A DNA stretch of 64,000 bases, from assembly GCF_052425735.1 (NCBI RefSeq), contig NC_135758.1, forward strand, positions 12,648,001 through 12,712,000. Direction: 5' to 3'. Below are positions 41,201 to 51,421 of this stretch, in pieces. Position 1 is the stretch's first letter; each line of letters begins with the position of its first letter. The notes beneath the pieces are model-generated. The model was not told the DNA's origin and did not search any database. It was given only the letters and a program-made list of their open reading frames with translations. The position numbers and the translations under genes were made by a program. Source of the stretch: Oculina patagonica. Lineage: Eukaryota.

Positions 41201-43235
41201 GGGAGGGACTTAAGGGATTTGCGGTATGGCAGTATTGGCCTTTTTTTTTTGTAAATAGGGTTTCGTTAATTATTTTTCAGCCGCCCCCACTTTTCAGATG
41301 TGAGTTCGTTATGAAATTTTCTAATATCAGGATAGACGGAGGCGGAAAATTTATACTTGCCTCAGTTGCTAAACTAAGATCAGCTAATAAATGATTTGAA
41401 GACTGTTAACCCCTCGTTATTATTTACTTACAGGTTATTGGAAAGTAACGGATTGGAGCAAGGCAAGTTTTTTTCTACTTTAAATCCATCGGTGACTGAT
41501 CAGTTATAAACTAAAACACGACAAAAAGCAACAGCAATTGTCTAGATAAGGAGCAGGAGTTAAAGATATCAACAAGTACCTTAAAATACTAACAAAACGT
41601 TTTTTTATTCAAATGACAACTCAGTCAAAGAAGTTTAAAAATCTCAACTAGTAGAGGGCTGGCCAGATAGCTATATACAAGACAACCAAACACAAATCCC
41701 TCCAGTGGCAGGAAGGAGGATTTTGAACCCGGGTCCGGGTTACAAGTCCAGCGTCCTAACCACTAGGCCACGCTGCCTTCACATTCAAACAGAACGTTTT
41801 GACACAATAGCAAGCACTTGCTCAATCTACTATCCTGTGATAAAATCAATACACAGACATGTTCAACTGTCATGTGACTGTTGTTTTTTTAGTGTGGTAA
41901 CTGCGTGACGCATCTCCGTGGATGGCAGGAACGACATATCAGCTGTATTGGTCCGGGTGGTATCGTTGTTAGTGACCTGCACTGTATCCACAAGCCTAAA
42001 CCAATCAAACGGCAGCGCTGTACTCACAGAGACTGTCACGTGATTTGGTCGCCTTCTGTTTGGTCAGCGGTAAGTAGAAACAAACAGAATTCGNNNNNNN
42101 NNNNNNNNNNNNNNNNNNNNNNNNNNNNNNNNNNNNNNNNNNNNNNNNNNNNNNNNNNNNNNNNNNNNNNNNNNNNNNNNNNNNNNNNNNNNNNNNNNNN
42201 NNNNNNNNNNNNNNNNNNNNNNNNNNNNNNNNNNNNNNNNNNNNNNNNNNNNNNNNNNNNNNNNNNNNNNNNNNNNNNNNNNNNNNNNNNNNNNNNNNNN
42301 NTGACTGACTGGCTGGCTGATTGATTGATTGATATTTTTCCTATTCTTAGTGTTCTCGATCGTGTGGGTTACATGGAATTAAACTACGGAATGTGAAATG
42401 CGTATTTGCAAAAAGCTTGAAACCGGCAAAAGGACAGTGTGGATGGCAGGAACCGCCTTCCTTACAGGAACCCTGTAACAGAAAATCGTGTACTAGAGGT
42501 TAGTAATTGTCAGTGATTTTGATTTCGGTCACATAAATTTTAGTTATTGTGTTAGTTTATGTCAGTCCACTGTATAATAAACCTTTATGCCAATATGCCA
42601 ATACGCTCTGTACTGCGCCTTTCTGCCAAAAGCTTAGGGGCGTACCATTATAAAGTAAATAAAGGTACCAAGCAAAACAATTCGTAAATTTGCGTTGAAA
42701 GTAAACCTTTGCTCCCTTTTCCCTGGGCGGGGACTTCCATGTGAAAGATCCCCAGGGGTACTCAGGTATATTTTGGGTGGGTATGTGCCGCCCGGGTCTC
42801 CAAAGTAGCACCCCGTTTTAGAAAGAATTTTCATTGAAAATGATACCCCGTTCTAGAAAAAGGTCAACCTTTTAACACCCGGTTTAGGCTGCTAGTAATT
42901 TTAAACTTTCATACGTTCGAAATGCTATACCCCGTTATAGAAATTGTCTCTAAAATGGATACCCCGTTCTAGATCGGGAGCCCAAAATCACGACCCCGTT
43001 TGGGCGGTACATACCTGGATAGGCATTTTGGGGGAGTATCCCCCAAGTTGTTTTTGAGGGATTTCACAAAACACCAGATTTACTAAGCTATTTTGCTGTT
43101 GCATCATTGTAAAACTTCTTTCTTTCTTTCTTCTCTCCAGCTAACTGCGTAGACAAAGTCAAATACTGCGATAAAGTCAAGAAAATTGGAATGTGTTCCG
43201 TCTATTCTCGCTGGTGTTGCAACACATGCCACTGA
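997..43235 (+). CDS. Giant multi-Ig ADAMTS-like (ADAMTSL1/3, punctin/MADD-4-type) extracellular protein, 5'-partial: 40 Ig(I-set) exons + 2 TSP1 + PLAC
   Basis: Exons read from AG/GT sites: 997-1326, 2118-2444, 2765-3094, 3426-3755, 4358-4687, 5016-5345, 5948-6277, 6838-7167, 7758-8087, 8228-8557, 9046-9375, 9819-10151, 11639-11959, 12222-12530, 13116-13418, 13817-14143, 14800-15123, 15705-16007, 16757-17086, 17674-17994, 18902-19228, 22671-22997, 23727-24059, 24829-25137, 25742-26068, 27121-27441, 28137-28463, 29251-29565, 30120-30449, 30632-30961, 31823-32152, 32477-32806, 33332-33661, 33912-34241, 34904-35230, 36171-36491, 37621-37950, 38960-39298, 39819-40139, 40691-41047, 41434-41462, 41893-42069, 42351-42498, 43141-43235. 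Each Ig exon has C-x3-G-x-P-x-P-x3-W...L-x-I...D-x-[GA]-x-Y-x-C or a close variant, and the frame is continuous to TGA at 43233-43235. An Ig-TSP1-TSP1-PLAC C-terminus is the ADAMTSL1/3 architecture. Confidence 0.88.
1709..1977. mobile_element. Palindromic element made of two head-to-head tRNA-derived units
   Basis: 1709-1828 is the imperfect reverse complement of 1854-1977. The right arm has a GAGTCTC/GGGACTC stem, an A-box-like TAGCTCAGTTGATTAGAGC and a B-box-like GAGTTCGATTTC. Confidence 0.75.
3998..4294 (+). mobile_element. tRNA-derived SINE family 1 (CORE-like central domain)
   Basis: tRNA-like head GTGGCC..AGTTAGCGCG...GAGTCGAGCCC, then TGTGTTCTT..GCAA.ATACTTTACTCTC...TCCACCCAGGTGT. Five related copies occur in the window. 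Confidence 0.75.
5590..5884 (+). mobile_element. SINE family 1 copy (duplicated with the tandem unit)
   Basis: Near identical to 3998-4294. Confidence 0.75.
6563..6752 (-). mobile_element. tRNA-derived SINE family 2
   Basis: Reverse tRNA-like head (CTTGAACCGGGGACCTCCGGATTACAA..CCAGCGCCC.AACCACTCGGCCACG). A related copy lies at 41630-41778. Confidence 0.7.
11311..11474. repeat. ~164-nt near-perfect hairpin
   Basis: ATACCTAATCGTACCTTTTTGGTACGCTTCGGCTG ... CAGCCGAAGCGTACCAAAAAGGTACGATTAGGTAT (35-bp perfect outer stem). Confidence 0.85.
11639..29565 (+). CDS. Ig exons 13-28: 16 mutually divergent Ig domains
   Basis: Exons of 303-333 nt with I-set motifs and canonical AG/GT phase-1 boundaries. 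The ORF-track peptides match. Confidence 0.92.
16062..16238. mobile_element. Tc1/pogo-type MITE
   Basis: TIR CAGTCAACTC...GAGTTGACTG, TA on the left, internal (T)GTCCGT.ATA repeats. A second copy lies at 31158-31679. Confidence 0.75.
18169..18299. repeat. Imperfect hairpin element
   Basis: AACAC...GACAGTGT..ATCGG..TATCC.AACACC.AGAA ... TTCTAGGTGTTTGGATA..CCGAT...ACACTGTC...GTGTT. Confidence 0.65.
19513..20779 (-). mobile_element. 5'-truncated L1/Tx1-like non-LTR retrotransposon (ORF2 C-terminus with zf-RVT, 3' UTR, poly-A)
   Basis: The ORF at 19978-20847 gives FQFKLIHNILNTN...TCPFWPDTEQSISHLFVHC...FW. AATAAA plus poly-A lies at 19513-19545 on the minus strand. TSD TTCTCCAT at 19505-19512 and 20780-20787. 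Confidence 0.85.
22019..22123. mobile_element. Short MITE
   Basis: 15-bp perfect TIR TAGCCTGCGTAGCAG/CTGCTACGCAGGCTA. Flanks TCAAACCCG / TCAAACCTG look like a TSD. Confidence 0.75.
23035..23156. mobile_element. Palindromic MITE
   Basis: 23-bp perfect TIR CCGATTCCCTCTATGGCGCGCGC plus further internal pairing. Confidence 0.75.
25293..25608. mobile_element. TTAA-targeting (Kolobok-like) MITE
   Basis: TTAA|AGGGGCTA...TAGCCCCT|TTAA. Confidence 0.65.
26654..27011. mobile_element. MITE-like inverted repeat
   Basis: TCAGATCGGAGTACAAGTACGACTT ... AAGTCGTACTCGTACTTCGATCTGA. Confidence 0.6.
27723..27890. mobile_element. MITE-like inverted repeat
   Basis: CGGTTGTTCAAA ... TTTGAACAACCG. Confidence 0.5.
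30120..34241 (+). CDS. Ig exons 29-34: second A/B cluster (A-B-A-B-A plus a divergent B-like exon)
   Basis: Same A and B cores as exons 1-12. Exon 34 keeps only LPIGDGS of the B signature. All are 330 nt. Confidence 0.92.
31158..31679. mobile_element. Tc1/pogo-type MITE (longer copy of the same family)
   Basis: TIR CAGTCAACTCT...AGAGTTGACTG followed by TA, with GTCCGTAATAGC repeats. Confidence 0.75.
32176..32276. repeat. (TGAT)n microsatellite
   Basis: About 25 tandem TGAT units with a few variants. Confidence 0.95.
34904..41047 (+). CDS. Ig exons 35-40: divergent C-terminal Ig domains
   Basis: Phase-1 exons of 321-357 nt with I-set motifs. Confidence 0.9.
35289..35513. mobile_element. Fold-back MITE (Harbinger-like ends)
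   Basis: GG.GCCTACA...TGTAGGC.CC termini. The arms pair along the whole length, with centre GCAATACGTCCCATT/AATGGGACGTATTGC. Confidence 0.7.
38107..38366. mobile_element. TTAA-targeting (Kolobok-like) MITE
   Basis: TTAA|AGTGTATATGAC.TGA...TCATGTCATATACACT|TTAA. Confidence 0.7.
39488..39719. repeat. Compound (GAAC)n / (GACC)n microsatellite
   Basis: Interrupted AACG runs followed by a GACC run. Confidence 0.85.
40310..40551 (-). mobile_element. V-SINE-like element
   Basis: Contains AAAACCGGAGAACCTGGAGAAAAACCC (reverse complement of the V-domain-like GGGTTTTTCTCC.GGTTCTCCGGTTT) and a tRNA-like head at 40510-40551. Confidence 0.65.
41434..43235 (+). CDS. Terminal exons: TSP1 - TSP1 - PLAC - stop
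   Basis: Spliced peptide GYWKVTDWSK|CGNC...GWQERHISC...C...KPIKRQRC...CHVIWSPSVWSA|CSRSCGLHGIKLRNVKC...PCNRKSCTR|ANCVDKVKYCDKVKKIGMCSVYSRWCCNTCH*. It has WxxxxW-S-x-C TSP1 motifs and a 6-Cys PLAC pattern ending CCxxC. Confidence 0.88.
41630..41778 (-). mobile_element. SINE family 2 copy
   Basis: TTTGAACCCGGGTCCGGGTTACAAGTCCAGCGTCCTAACCACTAGGCCACGCTGCCT, similar to 6563-6752. Confidence 0.7.
42094..42301. other. Assembly gap (208 N) inside a TSP1 intron
   Basis: Run of N bordered on the right by TGAC/TGAT repeats. Confidence 1.
42751..43043. mobile_element. MITE with GGGGTACTC...GAGTA.CCCCC termini
   Basis: Terminal inverted motif plus internal ACCCCGTT.TAGA repeats. A relative lies at 52251-52652. 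Confidence 0.6.
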
Positions 43236-43279
43236 AAATATATGCTGAATAATAAGACTACCTATTAAGAATTCACACA

Positions 43280-43285
43280 AATAAA
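43280..43285 (+). terminator. Candidate polyadenylation signal of the Ig/TSP1/PLAC gene
   Basis: AATAAA 45 nt after the stop codon, followed by a T-rich tract. Confidence 0.5.
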
Positions 43286-44361
43286 TATTCTATTTATTAA
43301 ACAAAAACGCTTAGAGAATTTTTTTTTATTTTTGTTTGCCGACTCAATTTAACGGCATTCAAAGCTTTAGTGAAGACACAAAACATCGAAGGCAGAAAGG
43401 AAATTTGAGACACTGGGAAAACTTAATTAAAATACATTTTCCTAACGACCTCAAATTTATTGTCTCAATTTGAAATAAATTTGGAAAACCCGTTCCCGTT
43501 CGTGCTGCCAAGAAAAGAATCTTAGCTAGCAAAGGAGAAATTTTGTCATGGAAATAATAAGGGCAGTTGAATAGTACAATAAAGTTAGTATAATGTAAAA
43601 AGAACGCCTCAGCTTCAAGTAAAAATAGAATGAATATAGGTTATTTTTTAATGTTCGCCAGCTTTACAGTAATGGGAAATGGATACAAATTTGTATAATG
43701 TCTGAGATATTTTAAAAAATAAAACAGTCGACCCGTGTTGGTTTGCCATGTGTTTGTTTTAACAGTTATCGAGGGCGTCCAGGGGCTTTTGGGCACAAGG
43801 GTCACTTATTTCAAGGGAACAAATAAAGGAAGTCGAGGTTATTAATTGGGAACAAGGGGAGTTCTCATTCCGGTGTCTCTTGTTTGAATTTTAAAACATC
43901 CCATGTGACTGTTTATGAACACCTCATGCCCGCTGTCGGAAATTGTAAGAAAATTGTCGACAGAATGCGATTTACTTCACTTATTCCTTTCCAATCTCTG
44001 TGGAGCATAGGTCCATGAAAACCGTCCGCCATCTTTATGTGTTTTGGGCTTTTCGAGACCTTTCCATGTGGGCAAAGAGGGAAGCTGAAATAGCGTTGTT
44101 CTGATGCACGAGTTAATGTAACGTGATAATTAAATGATTTTGTTTTATGGCTAAACATGTTTCCCCAACAGCGCGCGCTCTTATTGGCTAATTTGAGGTC
44201 ACTTGACATCTAACAATAACTGTTTCCCGCCAAAAGTCTCTGAGCGGGCAACATTGCAAAATCTGTGACGTCAGAGGATAACATTGCAATGTTGCCCGCG
44301 AATGTTGACCGACGACCGTTTTTTTTTTATCAAAGTCTCCGTCGTGCTACCTTATAACACA

Positions 44362-44493
44362 ACACTTAATGACTGATCCCTCGGGAAAACAGTTTATTTT
44401 GTTTCCCTCGAATCTCAATGTTTCCTTCGGCGAAACATTGAAATTCTCGGAAAACAAAATTAACTGTTTTCGTCAGGAACAGTCATTCAGTGT
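44362..44493. repeat. Hairpin element
   Basis: ACACT.AATGACTG...AAAACAGTT.ATTTTGTTT...TCAATGTTTC / GAAACATTGA...AAACAAAATTAACTGTTTT...CAGTCATT.AGTGT. Confidence 0.75.
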
Positions 44494-45478
44494 ATATAAA
44501 GTAGTTCTAGTTAATCTACACTGTGTTTGTTTTAGCATCCAATAAAAAGTCCTGACGTAATTGTTTTCACGGTCCCGCCGCTCGTTTTTGCCTCCTTTTT
44601 GCCCTCGCGACAACAAAACCACCGGCAATGCAAGCTCATGGCATCGCAGAATTTCCGGAAATTGTTTTGCGATATCGCAGTATTTGCCGAATTTTTGTAC
44701 GGTGTTACAGCGCTCTCCAACATTGTCCCCGTCAATAAAACCAAATAGAATTATTATACAAGCATATTAGTGAGACATTATTCGAAAAAAAAATAAGGAA
44801 GCACGATCCCAATCAATTATTTATAGCTCAAAAACGCCGAAAGACGGGAATTTGGATGCTGTTAATGTAGCTATTTGGAACGATGCCTGGATGTAATTAT
44901 ACACTGAAAGCAAGACATTACCACGACTCACGCCATTAAAAATTTATTATGAAAAACAAATTAAGTCCCCAATATCAACATAGAAATTCTCCTTGCCTGT
45001 CTCCTTGCCTTTAGCATGGCAATAATTGGGAGAATTTCAACATTTCTCATCTCTAATAACCTGTATGCTTGAATTTGTATCCATATTTTTAAAATAAAGA
45101 TGTTGGCGCACACTCTGGGAACGGAGACTTTAGTAAGATAACTCTTTGCAAGAAAAAAAAAAAAACGCTTGCATCGTAAAACTTAACAATCGATTTCCTA
45201 TTCAGAAAGTTCGATCAATAATAAGAAGCAAACTGTTTTTCTCAGTTTTCAACAACTCGAAATGCAAAACGAACAAGCAATTACTAGGCTAATGGATGTT
45301 GTGAGCTGTGATCAAATAACATGAGTTCTCTTATTGGATAAAACCGACATGAAAATAGTTTACTGGTACAGAAGAAAGTCATAATAACTTCAAAGTTCCA
45401 CTCAGTTAAGTTTGCTCGCATGAGCTCCGAGGCATGAGCTTCGCATTGGCAACGTCGCAGTAAAAATTTTCTTTTACC

Positions 45479-48400
45479 ATGTTTTCCGTTTTCGTTTGGC
45501 CCGTTCTATTCCTTGCTTTTACTCTGATCTCTGAGGAAACTCAAGGTAAGTTATGTTGTGTTGTGCACACGAGACCACCCTTGTTTTCTCTGTTTGTGTT
45601 ATACCTCATTCAGTTAATATCAAAATACGCTGCACTAGAAGCAATCTGTTAGAAAGTTAGTTCGCTTCCATTGGAACATTCTTTGTTTGCTTGTTTTCCT
45701 TATATATTGTATTTCAATAACGCAAAAGCTGGTTAGTTGATATATTATGGGTGTAAATTAAACTATTAAAATAGAAAATAAATCTACGAAAATTAAAAAA
45801 GCCAGCTAGTGACTATTATGTAAGTTAGCTGTAATAAATAATGGATCCTGTAATCTTATTCTTTGGTTATTCCATTGAGGTACAGTTAAACCACAAACTG
45901 TCTATAAACAGGAGTCGAAGAAACATCGATGAAGTTGGATATAAAATTGACAAAAATTGGGGTTTAAAATTTAAAACACAGAATAAAAAATGATATGGCG
46001 CTTTTATCACTTTCGTAAGAAAAGTTGAAACGATCACTTGTAAAAACGGTAAAAATTCCGAAGAACTTCTTTGTCAACAATTTTCGTTTCCGTTCTAATG
46101 TGTTGAAAAAGCTTTGTGACAAGAAACAATTTTAAGCTGCAGGTGGCTTGATAAAATATTCCCTTTTAATTTATATGAAATGCTGTAAAATGCAAGAACC
46201 TTCTAATATGAAAGTCTGCGCCATATAAACTAATTAACTAATTATTTTTAAATGACGTTCTTATTTTTATATCATAATTTGCATGTCAAAAGGATGTTTT
46301 TTTTACTCTGGAGAAGTTTAATAGCGTTTTCTGTTTCATCTATTGTGTTTTAAATTTGCCTTTTCTACCACCAAAAATATAAAATACGCAACTTTTATAA
46401 TTAACTTTCGTTAGAAAAGTTCAAAAAGGACGAATTGAAAGGACTTGTTAAGTTACTACAGAAGCATATCACCTGTTACTAACATAATGTTTTAGCAGGT
46501 GGCTCACGACTAAATATCGTTGCAATCCTTTCTGTTGTAATCTGTTGTGTTTTATCTGTGTTTTTCTTCTTGGTACCCAAAGCAAGCTGCTCAGTATACG
46601 TACTTTATAGCATGTAAAAAAACTACTGAATATCTCTTGCAATGTACTTGAAATAAAAAAACAAATATTTGTCTACCAGTGAGACAAAAAAAGAAGCAAC
46701 TCAGTGATAGGATTAGGTTTCCCGTGACGTCACATAGATGTGAATCATCATCGAATTCTGTTTCATTCTCGATTTTCAAACCTACATGAAGTGGCCGTGC
46801 TTTATTTAAAATGCATAAGTACTTTAGTTTTGTTTTCTCAAAAAAGTCACATCCAGTTTGCAGTTTTGTGCGCCGTATTGAGCAGAGCCGCAGAAGCAAA
46901 AATGTGCCCTCGATGCCTGAAGACATCACTGTTTTAATAGTGTATGCATTTATGAAAGATTGTAAATTTGATGAGACAGGTAGTGTTGTAAACATTTTTC
47001 TAAAACAGTAATTGATTTTTTTTTTAAATATTATAAGTTAAAAAGTTTATTCTTGTTGTTTCATCCCAGAAACAAACATTTTGCCACATGACGATACCTC
47101 CTTCAGTCAGACTTTTAAACAGCACCAGTTCTTGAAAGACGAGTTCCATTACCTGAATATGCCGAGAGTTGGAATATTATCTGTGTACGATGTCTTTGAT
47201 TGCACCTTCGAATGCCTTACCAATCCTTTGTGCTTTTCTGTGAACCTGGCCGCCTCCAAAGGAGCTGATGGCAAACTTTGGTGTGAGTTGCTGTCTTATG
47301 ATAAGTACAGAAACTTTACGGAGTATAAAGGAAACAAGACTTCGCATCATTTTGCCATAAAGGTGAGGTTTGATTACAAGATCAAAATAAAGCCAGCTAT
47401 TTAAAAAAAAAAACGGTAGAGCCTGCTGTCGAGCTAAGTGGCTCATCACCGAGGCCGGAGCTTATCTCGGTTTCTGGAGCATTAAGCGGCTAGGAGTATT
47501 TCTTCTTCCACTGGTGGGATGGTAGTCCATCGCAGGGAACCTCCAGCAGTAAATTTGCCGGTACCCATTTATACGCCTGGGTGGAGAGAGGCACTACATA
47601 TGAGAGTAAAGTTTCGTGCCTAATATCATAACGAAGTGGCCCAACCAGGGCTCGAACCAGGACCGCTTGATCCGGAGTCCGGCGCACTAACAATTAGGCC
47701 ACCGCGCCTCCGACAAAGCCAGCTGTTACCAGCAATTTTTTTTCCTGCCTTAAGTTGTGCTCTGCTTCCAATCACAAGTAGTTCATGCTTTGCTCAATTG
47801 ACGAACAATGTTATCTTCTTATTTCAGTCGCCCTGTTCTTCCACGCCATGTCAAAACGGTGGTGCATGTGTGACGAACTATGAAGATGGAACGTTTGAAT
47901 GCCTTTGTGACAAAGGGTTTATCGGCGAATATTGCGAGCAGGGTAAAGTCATTATTATTATTATTATTATTTTTTAAAAAAAGTTTGCAATTTTAATCTA
48001 GCACAGCTCGGCTGTCGAAATTTATTCGAGTTTTTTATATCCGAATTTCCTTTAATTTGTTGTATTTTCCTTGTTTGCACTTCGCTGTTTGCATCAATCT
48101 ATAGGCCAAGTAAAAAAACAATGTTTTTCGTCCGGATTTCTATAAAAAAGAGAGCGGGTGGGCGGGTTTTTTTTTTGTTATTTATTATTCTTTTCCATCG
48201 TCGAATTCTCCAGAAGCGAACTTGTAAAATAAAACCTGCAAGGTAATTGACCGGTCCAGTACGGACCTAGCGTGCCGAGGCTTTAAAATTATGAACTGAA
48301 TTCGTATTAAAGCGCAGACAAAAGCCATGTCTTACAGAATTTTCTTTGTCCTTAATTGAGGAGAACTAGATACAACGTGAAAGTAACGCCCGCTGGTTTT

Positions 48401-50199
48401 TGTTCGTTCCAACTTTTCCAATAACAAATAATAAAAAAAGAATCAGGCGGGGACGAGAAACATTTGCTTTTTTTTTGCTTGGCCTAAGCTATAGTAAAAA
48501 GCTGGACTTTGATCATTCGGCCATAGAGGAAATAAAGGGAAAACAATTAATAAATTTGTAGCAAAACTTTTTTTTCTACAAGAGCGCTATAAATTAATAT
48601 GTTAATTTGTTTCTATCTCTTTCAGCGGTGAAATCGTGCAAGGACCTGGATAACGTATTCAAGTAAGTCAGAGTTCTACTGATAAAATAAGCTTTAGCTG
48701 TCCTATTCGAAGTCATTCGGGTCAAGCAATACTTTCATTGCTCTCTATATATATCCCGGCATAATATATCGTCAAACCGCTTCAGGGACAGCGTTTTGTT
48801 TGTTTTGTTTTTTGTTTGTTTAATTTGTTTATTTTTACAGTAAAACCAGACGTTTGCCAAGATCATACTTGCTTTTATATTACTTCTAGCATTGTAGACT
48901 TCTGAAAGTGTTTAATCCTCTTTATAAATCCTTTTATTACAATTCATTGTGGCGTATTAGTAGTAAATCTCTAGCTCCTTATATTTAACAGGTCAAACGC
49001 GAGTCAGCTGGTTACTCTACACTTAGACTCAAAACCAACTGCCGTTCTCTGTCACTTTGGAGATTTTGGATGTGGAGATGGGGGATGGACACCGGTTATG
49101 AAGATTGACGGCAACAAGGTAAAACATTCAAGCTTAATTTCATCTAATGTCGAAATCATGAATGCAAGTTTCGATGTTTGAAAAAGAAATTGTAACTTTT
49201 TCTTCATCTAACACTATTTATCCGGATCGATTTAGACCAGAAAACTGTTTACACCAAAACTATTTTTTTATCACATGGTCAAACATTTGGTTGTAAGGAA
49301 TTAGATAAAAAAGAGTAAAAAAGTGATGTTAAATAAAGGACTTGTGTGCCATGTCGTTGTATGTACAAGACTTTTACGGGGAACCAGACTCACAAATAAA
49401 AAATAAAAGGAAGCAGATACTAAGTCACCGAAGAGTAATTCACGATTACCAGAACTGATTTGGGAAACCAGAAGAATTCAAACAAACTCAGGCTGTTGCT
49501 CAGTTCTGGCGCAGAATTGAACAGAAGATATTCGGTTGATTTTAAAACGGAAAGTGGTGTATGATCATGAGTACAATGTCCAAGGACTGGGTGGGAATGA
49601 CCTTCATTGAAAAAATTAAAAAAATTGGATCGATGACGTTTGTTCAAGTGGTGAATCGATTAATTTTTTCTATTCTTCCGCAGACTACCTTTCATTATAA
49701 CTCGACATACTGGAGTGATAAAAATAAGTACAATCTTCCTGGAGGAAAGACTGGGTTTGACACACAAGAGACCAAGTTGCCAACCTACTGGAACACATCC
49801 TTCTACAAGATATGTCTCGGTATGAAGGTTGGCCAACAGCTCAACTTCATGGTCATCAACAAGCAGGCCGACTCTCTGTACTCACTGATCGCTGACGGGC
49901 AATACCGCGCCACCTCACTGGGTCGTAACACGTGGAAGACGCTGATTGGTTCAAATGCTTCCTTACAGCACTACTGTAACAAGGAAGGGTTTAATGCCGT
50001 TGGTAATAGGAGTGAACTATCCAAGGCAAGAATAGGTATAATTGGTAACGAACAAGATGACTGCTACTCTTGTGATTCCAGAATCGGGTTTGGTACAGGT
50101 GGAGACCCGGATGACAACACGTGTGGAAACGAGGCTTTATTTTCACCAGATAATGGCGTTCAACACATCAAAGCCATGGGTTATATCTTGGTGCAATGA
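45479..50199 (+). CDS. Secreted PAN/Apple - EGF - fibrinogen-related protein, uncharacterized skeletal organic matrix protein 5 (USOMP-5)-like
   Basis: Exons 45479-45545 (signal peptide [22 protein letters not shown]), 47070-47362 (PAN: CTFEC...CFSVN...CEL), 47828-47942 (EGF: [13 protein letters not shown]...[11 protein letters not shown]), 48626-48662 (AVKSCKD), 48992-49118 ([23 protein letters not shown]) and 49684-50199 (QETKLPTYW...KICLGMK...SCDSRIGFG...MGYILVQ*). Phases 1,0,1,2,0 all join in frame. The family name is from recall of coral proteins. Confidence 0.85.
47430..47711 (-). mobile_element. SINE family 1 copy
   Basis: Reverse complement of the same head and core (GGTACCCATTTATACGCCTGGGTGGAGAGAGGCACT...GCTCGAACC...TAGGCCACCGCGCCTCC). 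Confidence 0.8.
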
Positions 50200-51421
50200 C
50201 AGCTACCAGTAATAATTGCAGATATCAGATCTTAGCCATCAGTTAGAAAACTCGTCATTGCTTAGCTGACAATTAAAATTTTGTCCAATTCTCAGTTATC
50301 ATGTCAAACCCTATCCTACAGAACGTCCCTTATTTCAAGCCATTCTAATACAACCTGTGCGTAACTGTGATTAATCGCAGCGCAGTCACGTGAACTGCAG
50401 GCGCACTTGTGCGAGGATTACGGCGCGGAAAAATGGAATTAAAACTCATTTTCTTGGATCTCTACTATTTTCTTTCCACTTTTTCAATTCTTCATTATTC
50501 TTAGTAATGAGGACTGTTTTTTATTATTAATACACTTGCAAACAAGCCATAAAAAAAGTGGCTAAAACACAGCGGATCGTTCGAACATTGTTTAAGAATC
50601 CTATAACTAGATTGATTGATTGATTGATTTATGTGTAATACAGACCCTACCTCCAAGAATTTTTAACCGAAAATGTGTACTTGGCTCACTGTAGCTTGTG
50701 CGAAAACCGATTATATCAGTGGAGAAGTCGGTTGCTTATGAACGTGGACCTGTTTCGAAAATGTAAATTTTTATACAAATTGTCAAGAACATTGCGGCTT
50801 AAAAACTTGTTGTATATTTGATAAATGCTTTCGACTCTCAATTTGTAGTATATTTCTGTTATTGCCTTTGAGCTGATTTTGTAGCTTACTATAATTTTAA
50901 CAACACATAAGCTTATATTTATAATAGTATATAATAATAATTTAAAATAAATGAAAGACTTTTATTTACCCTGAATGGCCAATCAGTGATCACTAGAACA
51001 CTGGTGTTAACTGGCGATCAGCATTTACAATATTTATATTATTATACAGAATTATTATAATATTTATATATTTCTTGACACGACTGCATCAAATTTTCTG
51101 TACTATCGTTATTACAAGAGGGATCAGAATAAGTAACATACAAGTTATTGCATAGTCTGTACATCTTAGTGGAAACGGCTGATTGATGGATCAGTATCAA
51201 GTATTCCAAACACCAATAAAAGCACGAAGTAACTTGACGATCATTTTGAAGTCTTAGTTGACATTATTGACATGGGTGTATGGTTAGTATGTGTTTTGCA
51301 TAAGCGAGATCTTGGGTAAACGCTGTGACAGAATCTATTCGAATTGTTTTTTGGTTGAAACAGTGAAAACGCTTCATCATGCATACAGCGGACATACGCA
51401 CATTGTTCAGGCAACCTTTAA

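Noticed and set aside
42094-42301. Missing exon hidden in the N gap
   Set aside because: The flanking exons already join in phase to give a complete TSP1 motif (WSA|CSRSC). An extra repeat cannot be excluded but is not needed.
997-43235. Titin, hemicentin or a membrane allorecognition (Alr-like) receptor
   Set aside because: No FN3, kinase, EGF-fibulin or transmembrane segment. The domains have disulfide Cys pairs and N-glycosylation sequons, and the end is TSP1-TSP1-PLAC.
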